From IMG/VR virus record IMGVR_UViG_2721755720_000003: a DNA stretch of 50,985 nucleotides; one strand, 5' to 3'. This stretch comes from a virus (lineage: Duplodnaviria; Heunggongvirae; Uroviricota; Caudoviricetes). The notes beneath the pieces are model-generated. The model saw only the letters and a program-made list of their open reading frames with translations. It was not told the DNA's origin and did not search any database. Of the stretch, positions 31,780 to 41,214 are shown piece after piece. A program made the position numbers and the translations under genes. Numbering within the stretch: position 1 is the stretch's first letter; every line of letters starts with the position of its first letter.

Positions 31780-32175
31780 CTAACCTCGCATGTCAAAGCC
31801 AGATTTCTGAAAATCTCTGTAGACTTCCGGATTGTTGAAGGCCGGAAATTTGGCTTTATGAGCTGCGGACTTTATCGCTTCGCAATAGGCTTTATCACCG
31901 TTACTGGTAGATATTTTTAACGCCGTGCCATCCTGAGAGAATTCCATATGCAACCTGCATTTTTTCCCTTTCCAGTTATGCGGCTCATCAAGTTTGGCAT
32001 TAATTGCAGCTCTGATTCCCCGCGCTTGCGCCCCCCATTCATCCTGATCATCCCAGCGTCCTGAACTGCAACTACCTGTAGCAGTAGTTTTGTGGCAATC
32101 TGAAGGGTGTAAAGGTGTGCATCCCGCAACAAAACCGACCCAAAAAGTCAACATAACGATTTTCTTTAATCCCAC
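31780..32175 (-). CDS. Outer-membrane lipoprotein with a TolA-domain-III-like C-terminal domain (paralog B)
   Basis: Signal peptide with lipobox VAGC; C-terminal …KKCRLHMEFSQDG…YCEAI…FPAFNNPEVYRDFQ… aligns with paralog A and with the TolA C-terminus. Confidence 0.6.
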   Translation of the reverse strand: MGLKKIVMLTFWVGFVAGCTPLHPSDCHKTTATGSCSSGRWDDQDEWGAQARGIRAAINAKLDEPHNWKGKKCRLHMEFSQDGTALKISTSNGDKAYCEAIKSAAHKAKFPAFNNPEVYRDFQKSGFDMRG

Positions 32176-32325
32176 TTCTTGCTCCTCAATCCATTAAAAT
32201 CTCAGCAATAGTAGTTGTTACGTCCGCCACTGGCTCAGAGCTGACTATCCGCTAAATTTAGCTCAGTGCCGTAGCTGTGTCAGAACAAACCTAAGCCGAA
32301 ACCGTTTATTACAAAACAATAAATA

Positions 32326-32754
32326 TCAGGGTTTAAAATCCAGCACCCCATTTTGAAATACTTTATATACTTCCGGCGAAGGGGGGGCAGGTATATCAGC
32401 ATTCTTTATCGCATTCATCGCTTCACGACATAAATCGAGGTCTCCACTTTCTCTTTTAACCTCCAGTAGAAGGCCATTCGGGGCCATATGCATTCTCAGT
32501 GTACACTCTTTTCCTGAATACTTACTCGCATCCCCGAACTGTTTTTCGATGGCGCTCTTGATTTGATGGGCATACAGACGGATATCCTCACTAACATCAG
32601 AAGTACGTTCAGATGAACTCACATACTGTGTCTCTATTGCTTTATCGGAGTAATATGATGTACGGTCATGATAATTTGTCGATACAGCATCAGTGCACCC
32701 GATAATAATCCCACTAATAATCAACGTAAGAATTGATGCGCTACGAAAACCCAT
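32326..32754 (-). CDS. Outer-membrane lipoprotein with a TolA-domain-III-like C-terminal domain (paralog A)
   Basis: Lipobox IIGC; C-terminal YAHQIKSAIEKQFGDASKYSGKECTLRMHMAPNGLLLEVK…PEVYKVFQNGVLDFKP closely resembles the E. coli TolA C-terminus as recalled. Confidence 0.75.
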   Translation of the reverse strand: MGFRSASILTLIISGIIIGCTDAVSTNYHDRTSYYSDKAIETQYVSSSERTSDVSEDIRLYAHQIKSAIEKQFGDASKYSGKECTLRMHMAPNGLLLEVKRESGDLDLCREAMNAIKNADIPAPPSPEVYKVFQNGVLDFKP

Positions 32755-33340
32755 TTTTCCTCACATATGTCATATAGTAAAGGATTATATATACCGTTGT
32801 TTTGGACGCTCAAACAGCGAATCAGATCAAATAAAACGCACATTTGTTAACATTTACACAAAGTCTGCGTGGGATATTCTGAAAGAATATCCATAATGTG
32901 GAGAGAATCTATTGAAGTGCATGGTGCCGGGTGCCTCTCGGTGAACAAAATGTTCGTGATACCTGTCGGCGACAGAAAAGGTTAATGGTATCACCCCACC
33001 GCACAGGGGGATTCACCATGCAGGAGTTTTCTTAGCAAACTCACTGCGCGCCCGGCAACTCCCAACCACATAAAATGCGGAGTTTGTGGCATTTATGCAT
33101 ATAACTCGCAGGAATTATCTTAAAAAACTGATGTCGATCCGGATTAAAAAGAAGCAGGTCATCATCAGATGACTGGAAAAAAGGAAAACAAAAAATACTC
33201 ATCATACAGTTTTGATTGCAGGGATGAGCCTGCTATGCACAATATGCAGAATATAAGCAAGATAAAAATATGCAGGCATATTATTTCGGATTTTGTTATT
33301 AACACAACCTTTTTAATAATCATTTGGCATACAATAAACC

Positions 33341-33371
33341 AGCCCAAAAAGAACCGCCTAAACAGGCGGTT
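33341..33371 (-). terminator. Intrinsic terminator (candidate tR'-type) on the - strand
   Basis: CCGCCT-GTTT-AGGCGG hairpin followed by TTCTTTTTGGG on the - strand. Confidence 0.5.
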
Positions 33372-33690
33372 GGTCAATACAAAGGATGCTTCGTCTTTAT
33401 TATAGTAATCTGAGGCGTCGGGTGTCTTGTATCAGACAACATATTGTCCCGCTAAACAGCGAATTACAAACCACCCTGCAATGATCTCTCATCTCATTTT
33501 ATATGAGTTGACGACATCAGGATAACGCATCATCAGCCCCTGCCAAGAAATATCAAAACTCCCGCCAGCAATGTGTTATCACAATATTGTAAAAAAACAC
33601 AGCACCGAAACTATAACTGGTCTCTGTTATAATTTGGAGCAGAAAGACCAGTTGCCCAACTAGCAGCATTCTCCCCTGCTTTCCTGACGT

Positions 33691-33720
33691 AAAAAAAACC
33701 GCATTAAGCGGTTTTTTTAC
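33691..33720. terminator. Bidirectional intrinsic terminator-like hairpin ~100 nt downstream of Q
   Basis: A8-CCGC-ATTAA-GCGG-T7. Confidence 0.5.
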
Positions 33721-33798
33721 GATGTCCATGTCTGCAATCCGCCTCGCGATACAGCTTTGCGAAGCATAGCAAAATTGAAGCAGTTTATACGTAAGAAA

Positions 33799-34341
33799 TC
33801 AAGCCATTTTCTCAGCAAATGATTCACGCATGGGAATATATAGGGCATACTCAGCAACAGCTAACCAATTAGCAATCCGTTTTTCGCATGTGCTAAAACA
33901 CCACTCTGGGTGTGCATCATTTAGCAATTCAGCCATTTTGCGCTTAGTCATCCCCCGCCCTTCATAGCGTTGCCGGAGAATGCAAATCAATCCTGGATGC
34001 TCTGCCAGTACCTCACTTATGACTCGATCAATACATAACGCCTCTGCATCAGTACAATGCGCCAGCCAGCTCTTTTGCTTGCCGTTGATCATCTCTCGCA
34101 AAAACGCTTCCAGCTCAGCTTTCTCTATTCCCGCTTTTTTCATTCTGCGCAGGGCTTCATTAATGGCTGTTTTCGTCAGTTTTTTGGATGCCAACAACTG
34201 ATTGAACATATTCCCTGACCTGCCACCGCCAATATACGACCAGCGCCCCCACATACGTAGTTTTCCCTGAATCCAGACACTTTCCAGCGTGGTGAGGCGA
34301 AGGTGTTCTCCGCTTTTTCCTGTATTCGTTGGGTAAATCAT
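33799..34341 (-). CDS. Late-gene antiterminator Q-like protein
   Basis: 180 aa; WGxW-type motif (LRMWGRWSY); sits immediately upstream of the terminator-rich leader and lysis genes. Confidence 0.6.
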   Translation of the reverse strand: MIYPTNTGKSGEHLRLTTLESVWIQGKLRMWGRWSYIGGGRSGNMFNQLLASKKLTKTAINEALRRMKKAGIEKAELEAFLREMINGKQKSWLAHCTDAEALCIDRVISEVLAEHPGLICILRQRYEGRGMTKRKMAELLNDAHPEWCFSTCEKRIANWLAVAEYALYIPMRESFAEKMA

Positions 34342-34628
34342 AAATGACCTTTCTTTCTCCAGATTTCTTGTGTGCGAAAAACCCCTTCAGCATGCATCAG
34401 GCGCAATTCTTCTTTGGTGTAATCGCTGGTTTTTACCCGCCCGTCGATTAGATCGTGGCATGAGCTACAGGCTATCGCCGCCTGCATATCGTGTGGTTTT
34501 GTCGCTGTTCCGCACGTCCCCGCCAGCCTGTAATGCGCCAGCACAGAGGTTTCGGGATTGTGATTGCAGTAGCCAGGGATTCTGATCTGGCACATCTGGC
34601 CTTTAGCCGCTTTACGTAAATTCACCAT
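34338..34628 (-). CDS. YbcO-like small Cys-rich nin-region protein (DUF1364-like)
   Basis: 96 aa; conserved Cys pattern CQIRIPGYCN…CSSCHD; ATGA overlap with the upstream gene. Confidence 0.55.
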   Translation of the reverse strand: MVNLRKAAKGQMCQIRIPGYCNHNPETSVLAHYRLAGTCGTATKPHDMQAAIACSSCHDLIDGRVKTSDYTKEELRLMHAEGVFRTQEIWRKKGHL

Positions 34629-35227
34629 TACGCAAACTCCAGTAGTTGTGCGGCCACATTTTCAACTTCCTCCTGAGAGGAGAATTTACGGAACAGAATC
34701 CAGTTCCACAGCACATTCAGTACAGATTTATAAACCTGCTGAAACTCGACTTCGTCCATATTCGCAAAAGCGATGGATTTTGCCCGACGCCCACGGCTAC
34801 CGTCCGGATAAATATGCTCGGTGTAAAATCCGGCCTGAATGGTTACCCACTCGCGGAAAGCCTCAAACGACTTTAGCAACGCCGTATCCCGGGTTCTACG
34901 AGTCGCAACGGTGTTAAGGTATTGCTCTGCGGCATCACTCAGGGCTGGCGTGTGTTCCCGACCAACTGATTCGCACAGGTAATCAACGAAACCAGACAGC
35001 AGTTCTCGTTCGCGAGGCGTGATCGCCCCACCGACCGGAGTCCAGTAATCGAATCCCAGTTGCAGGAGTTTGAAAAAACGCTTGTGGAATGCGTAGTTAC
35101 GCACACGCTTAAAGTCTGCGTGTATCCACTCACCTATTTTGATTTGATGCAGAAAATCGCAACTCTCCGGCGTCGCCGGGAGAAGTAAACCAGAAGAGGT
35201 TTGTTTGACCAGTTGTATATGCGCCAT
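34628..35227 (-). CDS. Hypothetical nin-region protein
   Basis: 199-aa ORF in an operon with the YbcO-like gene and Q. Confidence 0.45.
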   Translation of the reverse strand: MAHIQLVKQTSSGLLLPATPESCDFLHQIKIGEWIHADFKRVRNYAFHKRFFKLLQLGFDYWTPVGGAITPRERELLSGFVDYLCESVGREHTPALSDAAEQYLNTVATRRTRDTALLKSFEAFREWVTIQAGFYTEHIYPDGSRGRRAKSIAFANMDEVEFQQVYKSVLNVLWNWILFRKFSSQEEVENVAAQLLEFA

Positions 35228-35502
35228 TTCTCAATCTCTCGATGGCGCAGTGCAGCAGATGCCAGTTGTTCAGGCTGACGTATAAAGTATAAATAAACTG
35301 GTTCCAGTGTAAAGCCCCCACATTGATGGAATAAAAATCAAACAATAGATTGCTGGGATAAAAATACAACGCTTATTATTAAAAGCGGTTAGACAAATTA
35401 AATTTTAATGTTATGCAAATCTGCCAGATTAGCATAATATCTCATTTGAAAACCGCTGAAATAACAATCTTATCAGGATTAATCATATTAAGGTGAGTAA
35501 AT

Positions 35503-35589
35503 ATGGAAAACAACAAATCTGCACATTACGCTCCTTTTTTATCTATAATACTTTTTGTATTTTGTTGTGTATGGGCGGTATTTTTATAA
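35503..35589 (+). CDS. Candidate small hydrophobic peptide (28 aa, single predicted TM), opposite strand to flanking genes
   Basis: AAGGTGAG RBS 7 nt upstream of the ATG; MENNKSAHYAPFLSIILFVFCCVWAVFL; followed by a strong hairpin at 35610-35629. Confidence 0.3.
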   Translation: MENNKSAHYAPFLSIILFVFCCVWAVFL

Positions 35590-35609
35590 AACACACCCAC
35601 AAATAAATC

Positions 35610-35629
35610 AAACCCGCTACAGCGGGTTT
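35610..35629. terminator. Bidirectional intrinsic terminator between the S8 peptidase gene and the small + strand ORF
   Basis: AAACCCGC-TACA-GCGGGTTT, 8-bp stem with T-rich flanks on both strands. Confidence 0.55.
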
Positions 35630-35643
35630 GATTTATATAGTTG

Positions 35644-37908
35644 TTATACGGAAACTGGCACACGAGCAGGCAATGGATAGTGAGCCCAGTTATTAGCATT
35701 TAAAGCTCTTACGCCATCAGCATAAACTTGTGTGTTTCCATCTAATGATTTTAAAGTTACTACAATAGTTACAGGTAAAGGCTCCATTAAGGCCGGTTCA
35801 TTCGCTCTCAACGTTGTTTTAGCCTGAAGAGCCCAGTTACCCGAAGTAATTCCTTTATTAAATGCCTTGCGATGAATTTTTACTGGTGACCACTTTCCAC
35901 CATGCTCAATTTGAGCTCTCTCATATCCAGATTGACCGTTTTCTCCTTCCATAGGCACTTTTCCTTTTATAGTATTATTCTCAATTAAGCCAAAACTTAG
36001 CTCTACGTTCGCGCGAACATATTCACTGCCGGCATTAGGATTCAGTGGTGGTGCATATGCAGCAGTAATTACAATCTCACCTTTAAATTTTCCATTTTGA
36101 ATAAGTGCCGATGGTATGGGATAGTTTTCCTTTCTCCACCTCATCCCAGGAACCAAGAATGTTTGGAAAATCAGAGTAAACCTATCATCACTATCATATA
36201 AGGTCTCAATAACTTCATTAGGAATTCCCGCTCCCAAATAGCGTCTTTCACTTGGCGAGTAATCAGGAGAAGATAATTGAGCGGAATGAATTAATAATGC
36301 TTTAATCAATGATGGTGAAACATTAAAGTCTGAATTAGTGGCTATTCTCTGCCATGTATGCGCAGCTAAACTTGCCACAATTGGAGCAGCAAAACTAGTA
36401 CCAAAATTAGAGCAAAGCCTATTATCTGGCCCTACGACCTTTAAACTGCTTGCTCCTACATTCCAAGGTCTATGAACCCCACCGCCAGCATGGATTATAT
36501 CTGGCTTTGGAGTAAATACAGGCCCAGGGCCACGACGAGTATATGGTGTCGGTGTTCCAATTTCACTTAAAGCATCATTAGCTTCCATATGAGAAACTGA
36601 ACCAACTGTTAGTGCTCGGACTGACTCTCCAGGAGAGGAAATTAAATCAGCACCTCCAAGCGGTTCAGGATTTGGCCATGTACGTATAGGTTCATCTACA
36701 TAATTACCTGCAGCAACTACAAACAAAATACCAAATTTATCGCTGAGCCGATCTAACTCCATCGCAAAATCACTAAACGTCTGCTCATTACATGGTCCGC
36801 CTCCCAAAGACAAATTCCAGACTTTTATATCTGGTCTTTTATTTACAGCATCTGCTAGCCTCAGAATTAAATCTGATATATAAGATCCATTTTCATCTAA
36901 GGCACAAACATCATGGATTTTAGATTTTGTATCAGGAATCCATGGATGATTGTCATTTAAAAAATGAGCGCCTGATATCAATGAAGACACCATAGTCCCA
37001 TGTTCATAACTCGTATCAGGAGGAATTACGTATGTTTCCCTACTCACTACCCAAGGAGTAATTGTTGCCGCGATGGGGCTTACCCCAGTGTCAAATACAG
37101 CAACAATGGGTAATTCTTCTGATGGTACGGGAAAGCTATTTGTTTCAATGCCAACAGAATCACTTACACTAACCGGGAATGCTGAATATTTTGGTTCTGG
37201 AATTAACGTTCTTATACCCGGGTAATTAATGAGAATGTCTAATATATATCTATCATTTGGGGATAAATCCATTATCCTTAATAAGGGAAGACCACATTTT
37301 TGTCTAATCTCATCATATTTAACTCCGTGTTGTTCTAATATAGAAATAACGTTTTCATAGTTGTTGTAAGTTGCATCTTCACCTGTGTACTCAAATAGTC
37401 GTACAAGGATGTTTGATGATTCAAACAAACCATCAGTGCCTCCTGGAACCTTCCTATTCTCATCCCAAGGTTCAATGCGCTCAATCGCGCTTAGATTAGC
37501 CAAAATCGCTTTAATATTCCGATGTAAAATAACTGACTCTAATACGTCAAAACAGCCGGCATGAGCAGCAACCAACATTTCATCTATTTTGGCATGACCG
37601 GCATTTTGCAATCCAGCCTCTTGAGCAATTTTGTTCGGCCTATGCGTTTTGGCTATTCCCTGGTCTCTTAATTTGAAAACCAAAGTACCCAAGCTTCCAG
37701 GGTACTCTGAAAGTTTGGATTCTAAATAATGTTTACTGGTTGTTAAATTTCTTACTAGCCCTTGTCTATATTCGGCTGTTACATCAACCAATACCTTTGC
37801 CCCACCGCCAGCGTTTACTATTGCACCCAAGTCACTACTGGAAAAAGGGATTCTTAACATTGGGTTTGTAACTTTTGCGTTACTAAACTGTGTACCCCTT
37901 CTGCTCAT
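35644..37908 (-). CDS. Subtilisin-like S8 serine peptidase (IetS-like)
   Basis: 754 aa; catalytic triad motifs VAVFDTGV (Asp), HGTMVSS (His), GTSFAAPIVAS (Ser); overlaps the upstream ATPase gene. Confidence 0.85.
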   Translation of the reverse strand: MSRRGTQFSNAKVTNPMLRIPFSSSDLGAIVNAGGGAKVLVDVTAEYRQGLVRNLTTSKHYLESKLSEYPGSLGTLVFKLRDQGIAKTHRPNKIAQEAGLQNAGHAKIDEMLVAAHAGCFDVLESVILHRNIKAILANLSAIERIEPWDENRKVPGGTDGLFESSNILVRLFEYTGEDATYNNYENVISILEQHGVKYDEIRQKCGLPLLRIMDLSPNDRYILDILINYPGIRTLIPEPKYSAFPVSVSDSVGIETNSFPVPSEELPIVAVFDTGVSPIAATITPWVVSRETYVIPPDTSYEHGTMVSSLISGAHFLNDNHPWIPDTKSKIHDVCALDENGSYISDLILRLADAVNKRPDIKVWNLSLGGGPCNEQTFSDFAMELDRLSDKFGILFVVAAGNYVDEPIRTWPNPEPLGGADLISSPGESVRALTVGSVSHMEANDALSEIGTPTPYTRRGPGPVFTPKPDIIHAGGGVHRPWNVGASSLKVVGPDNRLCSNFGTSFAAPIVASLAAHTWQRIATNSDFNVSPSLIKALLIHSAQLSSPDYSPSERRYLGAGIPNEVIETLYDSDDRFTLIFQTFLVPGMRWRKENYPIPSALIQNGKFKGEIVITAAYAPPLNPNAGSEYVRANVELSFGLIENNTIKGKVPMEGENGQSGYERAQIEHGGKWSPVKIHRKAFNKGITSGNWALQAKTTLRANEPALMEPLPVTIVVTLKSLDGNTQVYADGVRALNANNWAHYPLPARVPVSV

Positions 37909-39037
37909 ATGCTCCTGACTCCTTCAGAATGTTTGAAATTACTCTTGATGTAAGTTTGTACAAATTAGCAAGAACTCTGATAGAAAATAATTTTTTATCT
38001 TTAGAACGTAACCAACGAATTTCATCTTCGTAAGTGCTTAAATTTACACCTTCCATAAGCGATTGAGCAAGATACAAACGCCTATACAATTTATGGTGAT
38101 TTATCACACTTGCACCTTCAATAACTGCATCCCTACGTGCATCCAAGCTCACCTGTTCAATTATTGCTCCGGATAATCCTTCCGATTTTCTTGATAAATC
38201 ACTTAAATCTAGATCGCTACATATCATATTCTTTAAACGATTTTTCCAAATTAACTCTCTCTGATGTATGTCAGGCAGAGGCATTGGAATTCTGAAGCTA
38301 AATCGCCTCCAGATTGCAGGATCCAGAAGTTGCTCATGGTTAGTTGAGGCAATAATTACCGTATCCTCTGATGCCGCATCCATATTCTGCAATAGTGAAA
38401 TGACAACTCGCTGAAGCTCACCTATATCTCTCTCATTACCTCTTGCTCCAGCTAAAGCATCAAATTCGTCTAAAAAAAGCACTGATGGCCTCTGCATTAC
38501 ATAATCGAAAACCTGTCTAAGATTTTTGCTGGTTTGTCCCAATAAACTACTAATCAAAGTATCGCAACGCACTGTAAGAAGTGGAAAATCTAAGCGGGTA
38601 GCGATGTACTTAGATAACATAGTCTTACCTGTTCCTGGCTTTCCATACACGAGCATACGACTCGGCAATGCTGCATCAGCTTTAACAAACTCATCATAAC
38701 GTTGAACATTAGTGATAAACTCTTCAACACGGGTACTGATTGCTGCAGGCAGAAAAATCTCTGAACTGTCTAATTTAGGATAACTGACATCAACAGTGTT
38801 GAGTCGACTATCAATATCTACCGGTAATGAGCCCAGAGATATCCCACCTCCAGCCCTTTGAGCTCCTGCCAACGCCTGGGGAGCTCTAAGCAACCTTTCT
38901 CTTATCATTCTGGCTTGCTTGACCTCCCCTTTTTGTTCGAGCTTATCTGCCAGCAACCCAGCATAATTACTAGCCATCGAAGCATTTGCCTTTGTTGCAC
39001 CTTCAATGATTTTTAACACTTCTGATAAATAATCCAT
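37883..39037 (-). CDS. AAA+ ATPase (classic clade; IetA-like)
   Basis: 384 aa; Walker A GKPGTGKT, Walker B VLFLDEFD, sensor-1 ASTNH, Arg finger region PAIWRRF; GGGAG RBS. Confidence 0.85.
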   Translation of the reverse strand: MDYLSEVLKIIEGATKANASMASNYAGLLADKLEQKGEVKQARMIRERLLRAPQALAGAQRAGGGISLGSLPVDIDSRLNTVDVSYPKLDSSEIFLPAAISTRVEEFITNVQRYDEFVKADAALPSRMLVYGKPGTGKTMLSKYIATRLDFPLLTVRCDTLISSLLGQTSKNLRQVFDYVMQRPSVLFLDEFDALAGARGNERDIGELQRVVISLLQNMDAASEDTVIIASTNHEQLLDPAIWRRFSFRIPMPLPDIHQRELIWKNRLKNMICSDLDLSDLSRKSEGLSGAIIEQVSLDARRDAVIEGASVINHHKLYRRLYLAQSLMEGVNLSTYEDEIRWLRSKDKKLFSIRVLANLYKLTSRVISNILKESGAYEQKGYTV

Positions 39038-39230
39038 TCAACACTCCCACAACAAAAAGCCACAGCAATCAAAAAATGAGCACGCAGAATCAAAATGCTC
39101 TCTAATCGTAACGCATTTTGAGATTTTTGATACGTTTTTTTGGGATTATGTAACGCCAAATGGTCATTTTGTGTCAGAAAAATAAATCTTAGTACCGAGA
39201 ATATGTAGCTTCCATCCTTCATCGTTCTAT

Positions 39231-39677
39231 TCATCCCTGATCTCCAAGCCTCTCTCGAAAACCATTCTGATAAAACGCCAGCACACGCTGCATAACTTCA
39301 CTCTTCCGGCACTCGCGACAGATTATGTTCAGACGCCTGTCGTAACGGCGTATTTCTCCGTCTGGTAATGACCAGATAAGGTCAGGATCAACCACAACCG
39401 GTTTCTTCACCTTTGTCCTTGATAGTTTTTTGCGGGCGTTTTGCCAGTCTTTACGCGCCTGCTCAGACGGGAATAATCCGTAGCCTGAATTGTAAACATC
39501 ACCACTGGCGACTAGTTCTCTGGCGAGAGTGCTTATGTAATACCTTGATGCACCGGTTTTAGCCTCCAGAGCCCGTAACGTCTCGCGACCGCTCAGAGGT
39601 ACAAGTTCAACAACCTGTCCTTTAATTTTTTCTCGCTCTTCTGGTGTAAATACTTTTGCCATAGGTGCCTCCGGCAA
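39231..39677 (-). CDS. Hypothetical protein, possible HTH
   Basis: 148-aa ORF between the replication genes and the defense cassette. Confidence 0.45.
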   Translation of the reverse strand: MPEAPMAKVFTPEEREKIKGQVVELVPLSGRETLRALEAKTGASRYYISTLARELVASGDVYNSGYGLFPSEQARKDWQNARKKLSRTKVKKPVVVDPDLIWSLPDGEIRRYDRRLNIICRECRKSEVMQRVLAFYQNGFRERLGDQG

Positions 39678-40439
39678 TCACTTTTCCGATGCAACATGGC
39701 GGGAAGAATCAGTAATCTGTCGTACAATATCCCTGTGCTTGTTCAACTCACGCAGCGCGGCGCAGACACGCTCCCACTTCTGGAGATGATTTTTCGCCCG
39801 ACGCAGTTCGCGGTTTGCCATATGCAGTGATGGTAAAACCAGGTCATCCGCTCGCGTTTCAGTAAACGATGGCAGCGACTGCACAATGTCCGCCACAGTT
39901 TCTGTTTTAATATCTTCCTGTGTTGCAGCCTCCTGTACTGGTAACGCAACACCTGCGGTCTGAGGAAAGGCCTTACCATCAGTTTCCGCTACCGATGCTG
40001 CTTTCGGCTCTGCTGGTAAATTATCGCCCGGTATGCAGTAACGAAATTTACCGCCCTGATTTACGCGAATCAGACGACCTTTGCTGATTGCCATTGCCAG
40101 CGTTGAAGCCACTTTGCGTGATGTGGTACCAAACAATGTAGCCAGCTCATCAGCCGTTTGTGGTCCTCGTTGTTCAATCGTCGCGGTTAAATCGCACTCT
40201 GAGATTTTCGCTACTGTTGCTGTGGTGATTTCTTCCGGCAGTTCTGCCTGCGCTGGCTGTTCCTGCTGAATATTGTTATCAGCCACACGCCAGGTGTACG
40301 CGCTTTTATCAACAAAACCAGCCTTTTTCAGTTCCCATAGTTCGTTCAGCACTTCTTCACGACTGATATCAAGTCGCGCAGCAAGTTCTATGGATGTGGC
40401 TTTTCCCATTGCTTTCAGTGCGTCAAAAACAGTCTCCAT
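39678..40439 (-). CDS. Hypothetical protein with N-terminal winged-helix-like domain
   Basis: Start chosen at [13 protein letters not shown]… (GGGAGA RBS) rather than the upstream ORF-track start. Confidence 0.45.
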   Translation of the reverse strand: METVFDALKAMGKATSIELAARLDISREEVLNELWELKKAGFVDKSAYTWRVADNNIQQEQPAQAELPEEITTATVAKISECDLTATIEQRGPQTADELATLFGTTSRKVASTLAMAISKGRLIRVNQGGKFRYCIPGDNLPAEPKAASVAETDGKAFPQTAGVALPVQEAATQEDIKTETVADIVQSLPSFTETRADDLVLPSLHMANRELRRAKNHLQKWERVCAALRELNKHRDIVRQITDSSRHVASEK

Positions 40440-40461
40440 TAAATTTTTCTCCCGGTAAAAA

Positions 40462-41208
40462 TTACTTCGCAATTCCTGGCTGGACGACATTCGGACGCCA
40501 GCTCTCCCAGTTAAAATTCACCCATCGCCCGCCGTTCATGGTCATGCGATCCATAATCCGCTCGCCGAGCAATGTTTTCATGGCCTCATAGTTCAGGTTT
40601 GTCAGCATCCCCACGCTGCGCATCGACGCTGTCCGGCGATCAACAATCTGGTGCAGTACCACCTGCTCGTTTTTCGTCTCGCGCTGAATGCCAATTTCAT
40701 CAAGAACCAGCAGATCCACTTCGCATAGTTCCCGCAAAAATTTTTCGCCTGACTGCCCATCGTCATAGCTGGCGTGCAGGGCACTCATAACATCAGCCAC
40801 GGTAACCACAATCACTGTCTGACCGTCTTTCAGCAGGCGATTCCCGATAGCTGCCGCTAAGTGGTTCTTCCCGGTACCAGGTTTTCCGCTGAACGCAAAA
40901 TTTGTACACCCGGTCATCAGTTCATCAGCGATGGATTTCGCCTGACTCAACGCGTATCGCTGCCCTTCGTTCTGCACCTGGTAATTCGAAAACGAGCATT
41001 TGCGGTGCAATGGCTGGATGCCAGAGCGATTCAGAATTTTTTCCACCCGCAACTGACGATTCTGACGGTTGATCTCCTCACAACGTTTCTGGCCTTCGGA
41101 AAGTTGCCACTCGCGCCACTCCGCTACCGTTTTGAATGGGGCGGTTACATGTGGCGGGGCCAGTCTGCGGATACGTTCAAGAATGCCGCCTGCCGCAATA
41201 TTTTTCAT
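40462..41208 (-). CDS. ydaV: DnaC/IstB-family helicase loader ATPase (YdaV-like replication protein)
   Basis: 248 aa; Walker [16 protein letters not shown]; Walker B LLVLDEIG. Confidence 0.85.
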   Translation of the reverse strand: MKNIAAGGILERIRRLAPPHVTAPFKTVAEWREWQLSEGQKRCEEINRQNRQLRVEKILNRSGIQPLHRKCSFSNYQVQNEGQRYALSQAKSIADELMTGCTNFAFSGKPGTGKNHLAAAIGNRLLKDGQTVIVVTVADVMSALHASYDDGQSGEKFLRELCEVDLLVLDEIGIQRETKNEQVVLHQIVDRRTASMRSVGMLTNLNYEAMKTLLGERIMDRMTMNGGRWVNFNWESWRPNVVQPGIAK

Positions 41209-41214
41209 GGTCAG

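Noticed and set aside
32755-33405. Small ORFs (70 aa -, 78 aa +) and a possible tRNA in the AT-rich Q-to-lysis leader
   Set aside because: Translations are low-complexity with no RBS; no cloverleaf or GTTCGAATC-type T-arm recognisable by eye
39013-39234. 73-aa ORF upstream of the AAA+ ATPase gene
   Set aside because: Overlaps the probable promoter/leader of the ATPase-protease operon; no RBS; low-complexity translation
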